From: an uncultured Planctomycetota bacterium
GTDB taxonomy: Bacteria > Planctomycetota > Planctomycetia > Isosphaerales > Isosphaeraceae
Assembly (NCBI GenBank): GCA_963845755.1
Contig: CAWJTV010000033.1
Coordinates: forward strand, 288,001-352,000
DNA: 64,000 bases
Reading direction: 5' to 3'
The stretch's first letter is position 1, and every line of letters starts with the position of its first letter. The notes beneath the pieces are model-generated. The model searched no databases, was not told the origin of the DNA, and saw only the letters and a program-made list of their open reading frames with translations. Below, piece by piece: positions 10,632-21,641 of the stretch. The translations under genes were made by a program, and so were the position numbers.

Positions 10632-13335
10632 GGATGAAGTCGCTCCTCGCTTCGGTCCGCGTCAGCGGCGGGCTCGATCGCGTGGATCATGCCGTGCAAT
10701 GCCTCGAGGACGAGTGGCGGAAACACGGCGATGTCCAGTTGGAGCGCTTGTGGACGGAACAGAAGCGTGTCCTGGCGGTTGATCCCGAAGATTCGATTGT
10801 CCTGCTGACTGAGTTGGTCCGAACGGATCTCCGTTGCCGTTACGCGCGGGGCCAGTCCCCGACGGTCGCCGCGTATCTCGAGCGATTCCCTGCACTGGGG
10901 GGCGCCGACAGCCGAGTGCTGAGCCTGATCTACGAGGAATTCTGCCTGGCCGAGGAACGCGGCGGCGCGATCGATGTCGACTCGTTCTGCGACCGATATC
11001 CCCGGTGGAAGGACTCGCTGGTTTCCCAACTTCAGTATCATCGTTTGTTCAGTCAAGCGGGTGGAATGCGCCCCGAGCCCCCGCCGTTCCCGGAACCGGG
11101 TGGCGCTTTCGAAGAATTCCAACTGGTCTCGCTGTTGGGCAAGGGGGGGACGTCCCGGGTTTTCCTGGCCAGAGACCTCTCGCTGGGGGGAAAGCAAGTC
11201 GTCCTGAAGGTCTCGCTCGACAGAGGCCAGGAGCCGAAGTCCCAAGGTGCGCTGGATCATCCGCACATCGTGCCGGTGAATTCGGTCGTCTTCGGCGACC
11301 GCCAGTTGCGCGGGCTCTCGATGCCGTTCCGGCCGGGGCTGCCGCTCGATGAAGTGATCAAGCGCATCGAGCCGGCCACGCGGCCGCGCCGCGCCCTCGC
11401 GCTGTGGCATGCGTTGGTCATGGGGACGGATCTCCTTACGACGCCTTCGGCGCCTGAGAGTCCCGATTCCGTGGCCCGGCCGGCCGATGGCCCTGGCGAG
11501 ATGCCCCGAGGCGACGGCTGGGATGGCTTCCCCGCGCGGGGAACCTATGCCGAAGGTGTCGCCTGGATCGTCATGATCCTGGCTCGGGCTCTGGCCTACG
11601 CTCACGGCATGCGGACCTTCCATCGCGACGTGAAGCCCGGGAACGTCCTCCTGACCCTCCATCATGGCCCGCAATTGCTCGACTTCAACCTGGCCGAGTC
11701 CCCCCATACGGCCCCGCATGCCGAGGCGGCCATGCATGGCGGGACGCTCCCTTACATGGCGCCCGAGCAGCTCGAGGCGTTCCTCAATCCCGAGCTCTGG
11801 GGCAAGGTCGGGCCGAAGGCCGACATCTACTCGCTGGGGCTGGTCCTTCGCGAGCTGCTCACGGGCCAGGCGCCGGACCTGCCGGCCCAGACCCTCTCGC
11901 CACCGCGTGCCTTGCGCGTGCTCCTGGACCGCAGGCCGATGCTCGACGTCTCGGTACGACGGACCAACCCGGCGATCCCCCATGCCCTCGAGGCGATCGT
12001 CGCGAAGTGCCTGGCAGTCCCTCCCGTTGCCCGATACTCGGACGCCCAGGCCCTGGCGGAGGACCTCGATCGGTTCCTCAAGCGCCTGCCCCTGGTCGGC
12101 ACGACCAATCCGTCGCGTTCGGAACGGCTGGGCAATTGGACGAGGCGAAGGCGATGGGCGCTGGCGACCATCCCCGCATATCTCCTGCTGTTCGGCGTGT
12201 TGGCTTACGGAGCCAGGGATCGGGTCAAGCAATGGCTCAACCCGCTCGTGACCAACCCGCGCTTTCAGGATGCGGTCCGGCAGGTCGACCACGGCGAGTT
12301 TAGAGCGGCGAAACGACTCCTGCGCCCCTCCTGGCTGAGTATCCCGACTCCATCCTGGTCAAGCTCTATCTGAGCTTCGCCCTGGACGCGTGGAAAGAGA
12401 ACAATCCTGCGGCGTCGCACGACCCGGAGCTTCCCCCCGAAAACAACTCTGGACCGTCGCGCGAGGCAGGCCTTTTCCCTGAAGACTATCGACCGAAACG
12501 AGAGGTCGACGCGGACGATCTCTTCGGTGAAGCCTTCAAGGTCCCGAATGCAAGAAGAGAGTTGATTGCCTGGGGCCAGCAACATCCGGAATTCGCCCGC
12601 CACCTCGAAGACTTCGGCAAGGCCCGGTTCGACCGTATCGAGAGGATCACGCAGGATACGCAGGAAAAAGACTACGAGCGGGATAACGGCGAATCGGAGC
12701 GACGAATCCTCTACCGTCTCGCATGGCCGGCCGTTGACCTCGCGGCTGAGCTCAACCCGATATCGACCGTGGCGCCCCGCCTCCTCGCGATCATTGATGA
12801 GGAGGACGAACTTTATGACTCGGCCTACGAACGAATCTCGCGCTTGATCGACGCACTCGGAGTCTCTGGTCACGACAAGAAGGAACTCTATAAAGCCACC
12901 ACGCTTCGCGCCCGGCTCGCAAGAAGGTTGGCCGACGCCAAACGCCAGGGCGATTCGCGGGTCGCTTGTCAGGCTCTCCTGGTGCTGATGGAACAAGCTG
13001 TCGAGGACCTGAGACTCAGCGAGCAATACGTGACCACTCATCGCGATGACGGTAATACTCACTTTGTCGAAAGAACTCTCTACGTCCTGGACATTAAGGC
13101 GCCGGCCTTCCTGACCCTGAGCGAGATCGAAACCAATTTGGGAAGGATCCCCGAGGCCAAAGAGCATCTCCGAGTCGCTCTGGAAGCGTTTGACCGAATT
13201 GAGGAACTGAGGCCGGTGAGCGCGAAGTACACCCATCTCTGGGATTTGCCTCGCTATCGAGAGAGAGCGGCATACCTATTGCAGCGACTCTTCCTGCCCA
13301 CCGCGTTCCGAGAGACGCCGCGCCTCCCTCTCTAG
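10628..13335 (+). CDS. Ser/Thr protein kinase with TM helix and helical/TPR-like C-terminus (frameshifts ~12.3-12.5 kb)
   Basis: LGKGGTSRVF, HRDVKPGN, LLDFN, GTLPYMAPE, DIYSLG; TM WALATIPAYLLLFGVLAY; continues into ORF 12562..13335. Confidence 0.85.
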
Positions 13336-13604
13336 AAGGCGAGCGGCGAAGCCAGCTCTCGCGACCACGGCAACCGAAGAAAGGCGTCGGCCGCATCCAG
13401 CCGGATCCTGACACAGCTCGCCTCCCGTCAGCCGCCGGGCGCAGGCGGCATCTCACCATCGAGAGACACGGCGGCGAATCGTTCACGGCAAGCGACCTCA
13501 GCCTCGACTTCGTGCCGAACCGGTCCTAGGCTTGCTACGGTCGCACTCATACGGTCCGAGCCCTCGGTCTGCATCGGAGTCGGCCCACTCTGGAGTCGAT
13601 ACCG

Positions 13605-13916
13605 ATGACGGATTTGATCACGGAAATCTGGTCCGGCTTGACCGGGGCCGGCATGCCCGAGGTAATGCTCTACCTGTCGGACGGGTCGGCCTACCGCTGC
13701 CACTGGGACGATACGGCCCTCGTCGGGACAACCCGGGTCGCCCTCCTGGCCGATCAGGATCGAAAGATCGTCCGGATCATGCCGGTCCACGAATGCGAGG
13801 GGATCGGGATCGCCAGTCCCAAGGGGACAGACCCCGCAGGTTACCGTTCGGTGATCCAGGGAAAGTTGAACGATCGGTTCGGAGGGGACGCAGGACACGC
13901 GCCCGCGCCGATCTGA
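13605..13916 (+). CDS. Small hypothetical protein
   Basis: 103-aa ORF with globular composition, GGAG upstream, stops 4 bp before the xerD stop. Confidence 0.55.
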   Translation: MTDLITEIWSGLTGAGMPEVMLYLSDGSAYRCHWDDTALVGTTRVALLADQDRKIVRIMPVHECEGIGIASPKGTDPAGYRSVIQGKLNDRFGGDAGHAPAPI

Positions 13917-13920
13917 CCGA

Positions 13921-14871
13921 TCAACGGCGAGGGTCGGCGGAGCCGCTCGTTCGCGATCTCGGGTGGAACTGGGCGTGAACGTTGCGAAGCCGGCTCAGCT
14001 CGACCCGGGTATAGATCTGGGTCGTGGTAATGGACGCGTGGCCGAGCATTTCCTGGACGACCCGAAGATCCGCACCACCGGCTAGCAGATGGGTGGCGAA
14101 GCTGTGGCGGAGGGTATGCGGGCTGACGTCGCCGGGAAGCGCCGCCGCGCGCGCATACCGCTTGACGATCGACCAGAGTGCGATCCGAGAGAGCGGGCGG
14201 CCCGACTTCGACACGAAGAGGTTAGGCGTCTCTGGTCGACGGGCGACCAGGTGGGGACGATCGCGCCGGAGATACTCGAGCAGCGCGGCGATGGCCTGCG
14301 AGCCGAGGGGGACCCGTCGCTCCTTGTTTCCCTTGCCGACACAACGCGCCAGGCCGGAGACCAGGTCTAGATCTGCCGGGCGAAGTCCGGCCACCTCCGA
14401 GGCCCGACAGCCGGACGCGTACAGGGTCTCCAGCGCGGCCCGGTCCCGCCGGCCCAGGCGGGTTTCGGGGTTGGGGACCTCCAGCAGCCGTGCCACCGCC
14501 GCCGGACCCAGCACGGTCGGCAGCCGATCCCAGACGGCCGGTGCCACCAGCAACTTGGCCACGTTTTCCGTGAGCCGGTCTTCGAATACGAGGAACCGGA
14601 AGAACGTGGACAAGCTCGCGAGATGCCGGCACACGCTGCTGGGGGCAAGCCCCGATTCGTTGAGAGACTCCACATAGTTGCTCAATTTCAAGACATCGAG
14701 GCTGGCCAGTGGGCCCGGGACCGCGGCGCGCCGCCAACGGATGAACCGCATGAGGTCGGATCGGTAAGCGGCCAACGTGTTCGGTGAAACGCCACATTCC
14801 GCCATCAAGTAATGCAGGAACGGTCCGATTGGATCGCGATCCTGTGCAGGTCGTGACGGTGTTGCGGCCAT
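13921..14871 (-). CDS. xerD: Site-specific tyrosine recombinase XerD
   Basis: SPNTLAAYRSDL, RDRAALETLYASGCRASE, GKGNKERRVP, SPHTLRHSFATHLLAGGADLRVVQEMLGHASITTTQIYT. Confidence 0.9.
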   Translation of the reverse strand: MAATPSRPAQDRDPIGPFLHYLMAECGVSPNTLAAYRSDLMRFIRWRRAAVPGPLASLDVLKLSNYVESLNESGLAPSSVCRHLASLSTFFRFLVFEDRLTENVAKLLVAPAVWDRLPTVLGPAAVARLLEVPNPETRLGRRDRAALETLYASGCRASEVAGLRPADLDLVSGLARCVGKGNKERRVPLGSQAIAALLEYLRRDRPHLVARRPETPNLFVSKSGRPLSRIALWSIVKRYARAAALPGDVSPHTLRHSFATHLLAGGADLRVVQEMLGHASITTTQIYTRVELSRLRNVHAQFHPRSRTSGSADPRR

Positions 14872-15213
14872 CGAGCGATCACCTCTACAGGATATCGGCC
14901 CTGGAGCATCTTCATTCGTTCCAGGAAGCATCGGCCGGGATTTCGTCGACCTTGATTGGAACCGGGGGATTGTGCGGTGAGTCGCGTCGGGTCTCAAGCC
15001 CCTCGTGACGGGCGAGGGCTCGAGTTGGTTTGGATTTGCCCATTGACCGCGTCTGTGGAACTTCAATGGGTCGATGTCTTGGTCCGCCGGGCGCAGTCTG
15101 GTAGGTTGGTGACCCGTCGAGCACCCGATGCGCACGAATTCGACCCGGATGCTTCCGCCTCGTCTCGTCCGGCCGCGGAAGACCGGACTTATCTTCCCGG
15201 CAACTGTCAACCC

Positions 15214-15873
15214 ATGGAAACCAGCCTCCATCGCTCACTGAAAGCGCAGTATGCGACCGGCGGGGATCGGCGGCCCGAGGTCGGGATCCGGGGGTTCCGC
15301 GTGGACGCCGTCGACGATGCAGGACGCCTGGTCGAGATCCAGTCGGGCCCACTGGGTCCGCTCCGCGGCAAGCTCCGGCGGTTGTTGCCGGATCACTGCA
15401 TCCGGATCGTCAAGCCGGTCCCGTTGCGGCGGCGGATCGTCCGGCGGACTCGGCGCGATGGTCCGGACCTCTCGGCGCGGTGCAGTCCCCGGCGCGGCGT
15501 GCTCCACGACGTCTTCGACGACTTGATCGGCGTTGTTCGCGTCTTTCCTCATGACAATCTGGATATCGAGATCCTCGGCGTGACCATCGACGAAATCCGC
15601 GTGCCACGGCGGCGCCGGCCGGGTTATACTGTGGTCGATCGCCGCCTCGGCGCGATCCATGAGACGACCTCGCTCGTGCACGCGGAAGACCTCTGGTCGC
15701 TCTTGCCGGACGGATGTGACGGAGGGCAACCCTTCACCACCCACGACCTGGCCCAGCGGCTCGCCCGCCCCCTTTGGTTCGCCCAGCGGGTCGCCTACTG
15801 CCTCCGCTTGACCGGGGCGGCTCGGGTCATGGGAAAGTCGGGCAATCGGTTGATCTACATCAGAAAGCCTTGA
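15214..15873 (+). CDS. Hypothetical protein with PD-(D/E)xK-like nuclease motif and C-terminal wHTH-like segment
   Basis: METSLH..LK, EV...GFRVDAVD...LVEIQ, FTTHDLA...AQRVAYCL..GKSGNRLIY. Confidence 0.65.
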   Translation: METSLHRSLKAQYATGGDRRPEVGIRGFRVDAVDDAGRLVEIQSGPLGPLRGKLRRLLPDHCIRIVKPVPLRRRIVRRTRRDGPDLSARCSPRRGVLHDVFDDLIGVVRVFPHDNLDIEILGVTIDEIRVPRRRRPGYTVVDRRLGAIHETTSLVHAEDLWSLLPDGCDGGQPFTTHDLAQRLARPLWFAQRVAYCLRLTGAARVMGKSGNRLIYIRKP

Positions 15874-15892
15874 GGATTTGGAGGGTACCGCG

Positions 15893-17017
15893 ATGTTTCA
15901 TCCCGTACGAACGCGGCGGATCGGTGCCGGAACGATCCTGGTCGCCATTGCAGCGCTGATCTCGATCGGCCGATCGGCAGGGGCGGAGCCCGCCGACGGG
16001 AAACCCGGCGAATCGCCGGATGACGCGATCGCGCCGAGGGTCTCGATGGAACGCACGGCCAGGTATCTCGATGAGACATCGCTCGCATGGACCCGGGAAC
16101 GCAAGTGCGGTACCTGCCATACTAACTACCCTTACCTTTTCGCACGCCCTGCGTTGAAGGAGTACACCTCCCCGGCGCCGGCTGAAATCCGCGGGTTCTT
16201 CGAGGATCGCGTCGCCCACTGGGACGACACAGCCAAGGCCGCCAAGCCGCGGTGGGACGCCGAGGTTGTCGCTACCGCCGCTGCGCTGGCCGTCAACGAC
16301 GCGGCGACGACCGGCAAACTCCACGCCTTGACACGTCAGGCACTCGACCGGGTCTGGAAGGTCCAGAAGCCGGATGGGGGCTTCAACTGGCTCAAGTGCG
16401 ACTGGCCTCCCTACGAGCACGATGATTACTACGGCGCGATCGTGGCAGCACTCGGTGCCGGACACGCCCCCGACGGCTACGCCCAATCCCCCCCAGCACA
16501 AGCGGGTCTGGCGCGGCTCCGCGATTACTTCGCCCACAATCCCCCGCCCGATCTCCACCATGCCACGATGCTCCTCTGGGCTTCGACGCGTCTCGACGGC
16601 ATCATGACGGCCGAACAACGGGCCAAGACCCTCGCGCGGCTCCGCGAGATCCAGCGGCCCGACGGCGGCTGGAACCTCCCTTCGCTGGGCAGTTGGAAAC
16701 GGCGCGACGGCGGCTCCAATGATCCGAACGGCCCCAGCGACGGTTACGGCACCGGCGTGGTCGTCTTCGTCTTCAGGCAGGCCGGCGTGCCGGCGACCGA
16801 CCCGGCCGTGAAGCGTGGCGTGAACTGGCTGTTGTCCCACCAGCGCGCCTCGGGCCGTTGGTTCACCCGTTCGGTCACTAACGACAAGTTCCACTATATC
16901 TCCCGCGCCGGAACGGCATTCGCGATTCTCGCGCTACGGTCTTGCGATATCAGGACCGAAGACTCCGAAAACCATGCCTCGGTGGCTCCCGACGCGAAGC
17001 CCCCGGGCGGTCCTTGA
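15893..17017 (+). CDS. Exported prenyltransferase/squalene-hopene cyclase-like repeat protein with CxxCH
   Basis: Signal peptide; CGTCH; QW-type repeats QKPDGGF, QRPDGGW, LLSHQRASGRW. Confidence 0.8.
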   Translation: MFHPVRTRRIGAGTILVAIAALISIGRSAGAEPADGKPGESPDDAIAPRVSMERTARYLDETSLAWTRERKCGTCHTNYPYLFARPALKEYTSPAPAEIRGFFEDRVAHWDDTAKAAKPRWDAEVVATAAALAVNDAATTGKLHALTRQALDRVWKVQKPDGGFNWLKCDWPPYEHDDYYGAIVAALGAGHAPDGYAQSPPAQAGLARLRDYFAHNPPPDLHHATMLLWASTRLDGIMTAEQRAKTLARLREIQRPDGGWNLPSLGSWKRRDGGSNDPNGPSDGYGTGVVVFVFRQAGVPATDPAVKRGVNWLLSHQRASGRWFTRSVTNDKFHYISRAGTAFAILALRSCDIRTEDSENHASVAPDAKPPGGP

Positions 17018-17044
17018 ATCCCTCGAATCTTCGGGGAAGTCCCT

Positions 17045-17641
17045 TCAACCGTTGCGGTCCAGCATCAACCACTCGAGCAGTCCCGCGACGCAGACCGCAT
17101 GATCGATCCGGCCGTCTCGGATCATCGCCCGGATCTCGCGAACCGGTGCCAGCTCGATGGCCAGCTCCTCGTTCGGGTCGGGATCAGGTTCGGCGACGCG
17201 CCGCGCGTTGCGGATGACGATCGTCGTGATGGCCATGGTAAGGAGTGCCGGATTCGGCCAGAGGGTCCCGAGTCGTTCGGGCGGATCGCCCGCATAGCCG
17301 GTCTCCTCCAGGAGTTCTCGGGCACCGGCCACGCAGGGGTCCTCGCCGGGTTCGAGGAGCCCGCCCGGCGTCTCCAGGCTATCGCGGCCCGCGCCGGCGC
17401 GGAACTGGCGGACCAGGACCACCTCCTGCTCGGGCGTCAGGGCGATGACATGAACTCCGTCGGCCAGATGTACGATGAAGAAGTCATGCGTCTTACCACT
17501 GGTCCGAGACCGGAACCGTTCGCACCGCAGGCGGAACAACCAGGTCTCGCTCAGCGTCTGGTCGCGCGTACCGTCCCCGTCCCGGACCCATGAGGGTTCC
17601 GGAATGGAATCGGGATCGGGTGAAACTGGAGACGTGTTCAT
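17045..17641 (-). CDS. NUDIX hydrolase (ADP-ribose pyrophosphatase-like)
   Basis: LVRQFR; PGGLLEPGEDPCVAGARELLEETGY Nudix box. Confidence 0.9.
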   Translation of the reverse strand: MNTSPVSPDPDSIPEPSWVRDGDGTRDQTLSETWLFRLRCERFRSRTSGKTHDFFIVHLADGVHVIALTPEQEVVLVRQFRAGAGRDSLETPGGLLEPGEDPCVAGARELLEETGYAGDPPERLGTLWPNPALLTMAITTIVIRNARRVAEPDPDPNEELAIELAPVREIRAMIRDGRIDHAVCVAGLLEWLMLDRNG

Positions 17642-17755
17642 AACTTGAAAACAGGCAGTCCGCGATTGGTCCTTTCGATCATCTGCGACCGGCGGGACTT
17701 GTTGAGTCCGACAGGGTTCCCGTGTGGAAGAGAGGCGACGGAAAAAACTGGCCGC

Positions 17756-19126
17756 TCAAGAGAACTTCGCCTCCTGCTTGAGGATCTCCAGTGCGCTTTC
17801 GACCGAGTCTTCCAGCACCGACCAGGCGAGGCCCTTATCTTCCTGTCGGGTCGCGAGGTTGCGGAGGTTGAAGACCTGCCGGGTTTGCTCGTCCGGTCCG
17901 ACGATCACGGCCAGCTTGTGCCCCCGGGAAGAGCCGTAGCCCATCTGCTTGCCGATCGAGATCGGATCGGGGTAGACCTCGGCGCCGATGCCCGCGGCCC
18001 GCAGTCGCGCGGCCATCCGGAACGGGACGAGCGGGTCCGTGCCGGGGAACTGGGCTACCAGGACCGGTGTGGTCGTCGCCGACGAGCCCAGCCAGCCGGC
18101 TTCGTCCATCAGGGCGAGGAGCCGGTCCAGCCCGATCGAGGCCCCGACGCCCGGGAGCCTCCGCGGCGTGAACAGGCTGGCCAGGTTGTCGTACCGGCCC
18201 CCCGAAGCCACGCTGCCGAATTTCTCCCAGCCGTCGACGGTCGTCTCGAAGACGATCCCGGTGTAATAGTCGAGCCCGCGCACCAGCCCCAGGTCGATCG
18301 CGATCCGCTCGGTCGGCACGCCAGCCGCTCCCAGCAGGTCGAGGACCCGCCGCAGGTTGCCGATCCCGTGTTCGACCGAGGGATTCGATCCCAGAGCCGA
18401 CTCGGCTTGCTTCAAGACTTCCGTGCCGCCGCGGCCGGTCTCGGCGAAATCGAGCACCCGCCGGGCGAGATCCTCGGTCAGCCCGGGACCACCGTGATCC
18501 GGAGCCTTCTGAAGCTCGGCCAGCACGGCGTCACGACCGATCTTCGCCAGCTTGTCGAGAGTGCGGAGCACCCCGCCGCTCAGTCCACTGAGCCCCTGGG
18601 AATCGAGGAAGCCGTCGAGGATCTTGCGGTGATTGATCGTGATTGTGAACGCAGGCACTCCCGCCGCGGCCAGCGCGGCGTGGATGACCTGGGCCGTCTC
18701 GGCGTCGGCTAATGGGCTCTCGGTGCCGATCGTGTCGAAGTCGCACTGGACGAACTCACGGAACCGCCCCTTGGCCGGTCGCTCGCCGCGGAACACCGAC
18801 CCGATCGCATACCGCTTGAACGGGACGCCCAGCTCATCGATGTGCTTGGCGACGAACCGGGCCAGCGGCACCGTCAGGTCGAATCGCAGCGCCAGCTCGC
18901 CGGGTGTCCCACCCTTATTCGTGACCTCGAAGATCTGCCGCAGGACCTCGTCCGACCCGGCTCCTTTGCCCGTCAGGACCTCCATCCGTTCGATATGTGG
19001 TGTCTCGATCGGCACGAATCCAAAACCGGAGAAGATGCGTCGAAAGGCTTCGAGCATCCGCTCGCGGGGAATCATCACGGCGGGAGGAAGGTCTCTCAGT
19101 CCGCTGGCAACCCGGGGGTCGATCAT
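17756..19126 (-). CDS. hisS: Histidine--tRNA ligase
   Basis: GLRDLPP, LRFDLTVPLARF, FRGERPAKGRFREFVQCDFD, LVRGLDYYTG, SGGRYDNL. Confidence 0.97.
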   Translation of the reverse strand: MIDPRVASGLRDLPPAVMIPRERMLEAFRRIFSGFGFVPIETPHIERMEVLTGKGAGSDEVLRQIFEVTNKGGTPGELALRFDLTVPLARFVAKHIDELGVPFKRYAIGSVFRGERPAKGRFREFVQCDFDTIGTESPLADAETAQVIHAALAAAGVPAFTITINHRKILDGFLDSQGLSGLSGGVLRTLDKLAKIGRDAVLAELQKAPDHGGPGLTEDLARRVLDFAETGRGGTEVLKQAESALGSNPSVEHGIGNLRRVLDLLGAAGVPTERIAIDLGLVRGLDYYTGIVFETTVDGWEKFGSVASGGRYDNLASLFTPRRLPGVGASIGLDRLLALMDEAGWLGSSATTTPVLVAQFPGTDPLVPFRMAARLRAAGIGAEVYPDPISIGKQMGYGSSRGHKLAVIVGPDEQTRQVFNLRNLATRQEDKGLAWSVLEDSVESALEILKQEAKFS

Positions 19127-19725
19127 GGAGTTCTGGCTTTCTTCAGCGATCGTTCAGAGGATGATCCGGCCTTCCCCAGTCGGGCGGGGGGATCGGCATC
19201 TCGCGGTCGGACGCGGTTTATCAGGTCGGTCAGGGTCTCTGGGATTGTACCATCACGAAGAGCCGGACGGATCAGGGCTCGATTGGGTCGCGAGGGGCCC
19301 TACCGTGTGAGGATCGTGGGACAATTTGGCACTTTTGGACATCTATTTGGCGGGTCGCCATCCCCGATGTCCTTGGCTGGAAGTGAGATGGGGCGAGCCC
19401 GTGAATCGGGAGGAACGGTTCCAAAGCTCGGTTTCGGAGTGATCGCACGTGGGCCATACTATATAGGATGCCGCAACTTTTGGAAAACGTTAATGCACCT
19501 ATGCCCGAATTCAGGCCATTGGCATCCCGAAGCCTTGATCTCAGCAGCAGTTGCATAAATCTTGAAAAAAATTTTGCCCGTTGATTAGCCGGCCTACCGG
19601 TGACCTCGAACGGAGTGGCGCGAGGCCAGGGCTCATGGCCGAATCTCCCCACTTCTCCCGTTTCGCACACTGGTTGCGCGGAAACCGGTGGAATTCGGCG
19701 AGAGGTGGTATCCCAAGGAGAGCCC

Positions 19726-20726
19726 ATGCGAATCCTGGTCATCGGCGGTACGAATTTCATCGGCCCGCACCTGGTCCGGCAGTTGGTCGATCACGGCCAT
19801 GCGGTCGCCGTATTCCACCGGGGTCAGCCCCATGCCGATTTGCCAGTCTCGGTGGAATGTCTCACCGGCGACCGGCACCATCTGGCCGATCATCGCGACG
19901 CCTTCCGCCGGTTCGGCCCCGAAGTCGTCGTGGATATGATCGCCTACACGGAACACGATGCGCAAGGACTCGTCAACACGTTCCGGGGCCTGGCCGGCGA
20001 ATCGTCGTGATCTCCAGCGGCGATGTCTACCGGGCGTACGGCCGGTTACTCGGAACGGAGCCTGGTCCCGTCGAGCCGACTCCGCTCGTCGAAGACGCAC
20101 CACTGCGTTCGCTCTGGTTCCCGTACCGCGACCAGGCCCAGGGGTCGGACGACTTCCTCTACGCTTATGACAAGATCCCGGTCGAGCAGGTGGTGCTGGC
20201 CAATCCCGACCTTCCCGCAACGGTCTTGCGGCTGCCGATGACCTATGGTCCCGGTGACCCGTTCCGCCGCTGCTCACCGTATCTGAAGCGCATGACCGAC
20301 GGTCGCCCGGCGATCCGGCTCGACGCGGGCCTGGCTCGCTGGAAGTCCCCGCGCGGGTATGTCGAGAATGTGGCGGCGGCCCTCGCGCTGGTCGTTGAGG
20401 ACGATCGAGCCGCGGGGCGGGTCTACAATGTCTCCGAACCGGTCTCCTTCCGCGAGGCCGATTGGGTGCGGAGGATCGCCGAGGTGATCGGCTGGACCGG
20501 CGAGGTCGCGACGGTCCCCGAAGGACGGATTCCGGTTCCCTATCACTTCGACCAGGACCTGGATACGAACTCGCACCGCATCCGGGAGGAACTGGGGTTC
20601 GCCGAGACCGTGATGCTGCACGACGCGCTGGAAAGGACGATCGCCTGGGAGCGAACCAACCCGCCCGAGCAATGGTCGGCGCTCGGAATCCTGGATGACG
20701 CGTTCGAACCGGAGCCGCTGGGCTGA
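19726..20726 (+). CDS. NAD-dependent epimerase/dehydratase (atypical SDR); 1-nt frameshift near 19995
   Basis: MRILVIGGTNFIG Rossmann motif, AAGGAG RBS; ISSGDVY, YDKIPVE, LRLPMTYGPGD in the second frame. Confidence 0.85.
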
Positions 20727-20863
20727 GGCTCGCATCCAGGAGAAGCACGCAGACCCTCTCCATCCCTCCCGTCGCGCCCCCGAGACGATCACCTAAGCCT
20801 GGATGCACGAGACATCATTGACTTTGGGACGGTTCGGTAGGGAGGGACGAAATCTGCTTTATG
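19976..20863 (+). repeat. ~890 bp direct repeat, copy 1 (3' part of epimerase gene plus downstream DNA); copy 2 at 35742..36630
   Basis: Near-identical from ACACGTTCCGGGG to AAATCTGsTTTATG, with scattered substitutions. Confidence 0.95.
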
Positions 20864-20937
20864 TCCTCACCTCTTGCGCAACAATGAGTGATTCATGGAT
20901 TCCACGCCGCCATCCATCAATAAAACAAATGGTTCCA

Positions 20938-21411
20938 GCGATGACAGGACCGACCTCCCCGTCTTGCCGCCCGGCGCGTCATCCCGCCCGCCCCTGGTAC
21001 CCGAGCGCAACGACTTCCTGGAGGGCGAGGCCCCGGCCGCCGACAAGGTCCAGGCCTTCCTGCCCGCGCCCTGGAGGCCACGGGCCACGACGCGGACCAG
21101 GCGGCCGCGGCCCTGGCCCCCTGGATCTGCGACGCCCTCCTGCCCAACCACTCGGTCAAGGCCTACGGCCGCGACTTCCTGGACTTCGTCCGCCGCATGC
21201 AGGCCCAAGGCGTTGCCCACTGGAGGTCACCGCCGACCACATCAAGCTGAACAAGCGCGACCTGATCGAAGCCGGCATGACCGCCGCGATGGTCGCCCGG
21301 CGGCTCTCGGTGCTGCGCGGCGCCTACCGACAACTGGCGGCCAAGGGATTGATCGCCTGGGAGACCGCCCGGGACCTTGCCGAGACCGGTGTGCAGGCCT
21401 CACTGAAATGA
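20938..21411 (+). pseudogene. N-terminal (core-binding/SAM-like) fragment of a tyrosine recombinase
   Basis: Frameshifted pieces HSVKAYGRDFLDFVRRMQAQG / EVTADHIKLNKRDLIEAGMTAAMVARRLSVLRGAY; no catalytic domain follows. Confidence 0.7.
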
Positions 21412-21641
21412 ACGGTGTCGATTCCGCTCGACTCGCCGAGCGATGCGTCAGTCGATCAGACGAACGGCACTACCTTAAGGAATCCGCTTTGACCTAACCC
21501 CGCACCGATCGGCAGGGCCTGACGCCTCCGCAATCCTCTTCGCCGGACCAGGGACTCTCGTCACCGCCGCCCCGGTCCGCGATAATGGAGTTGGTCCTCC
21601 ACAGCATCAGCCCGACCAATTCGCCCCCGGCGAGGGAGATA

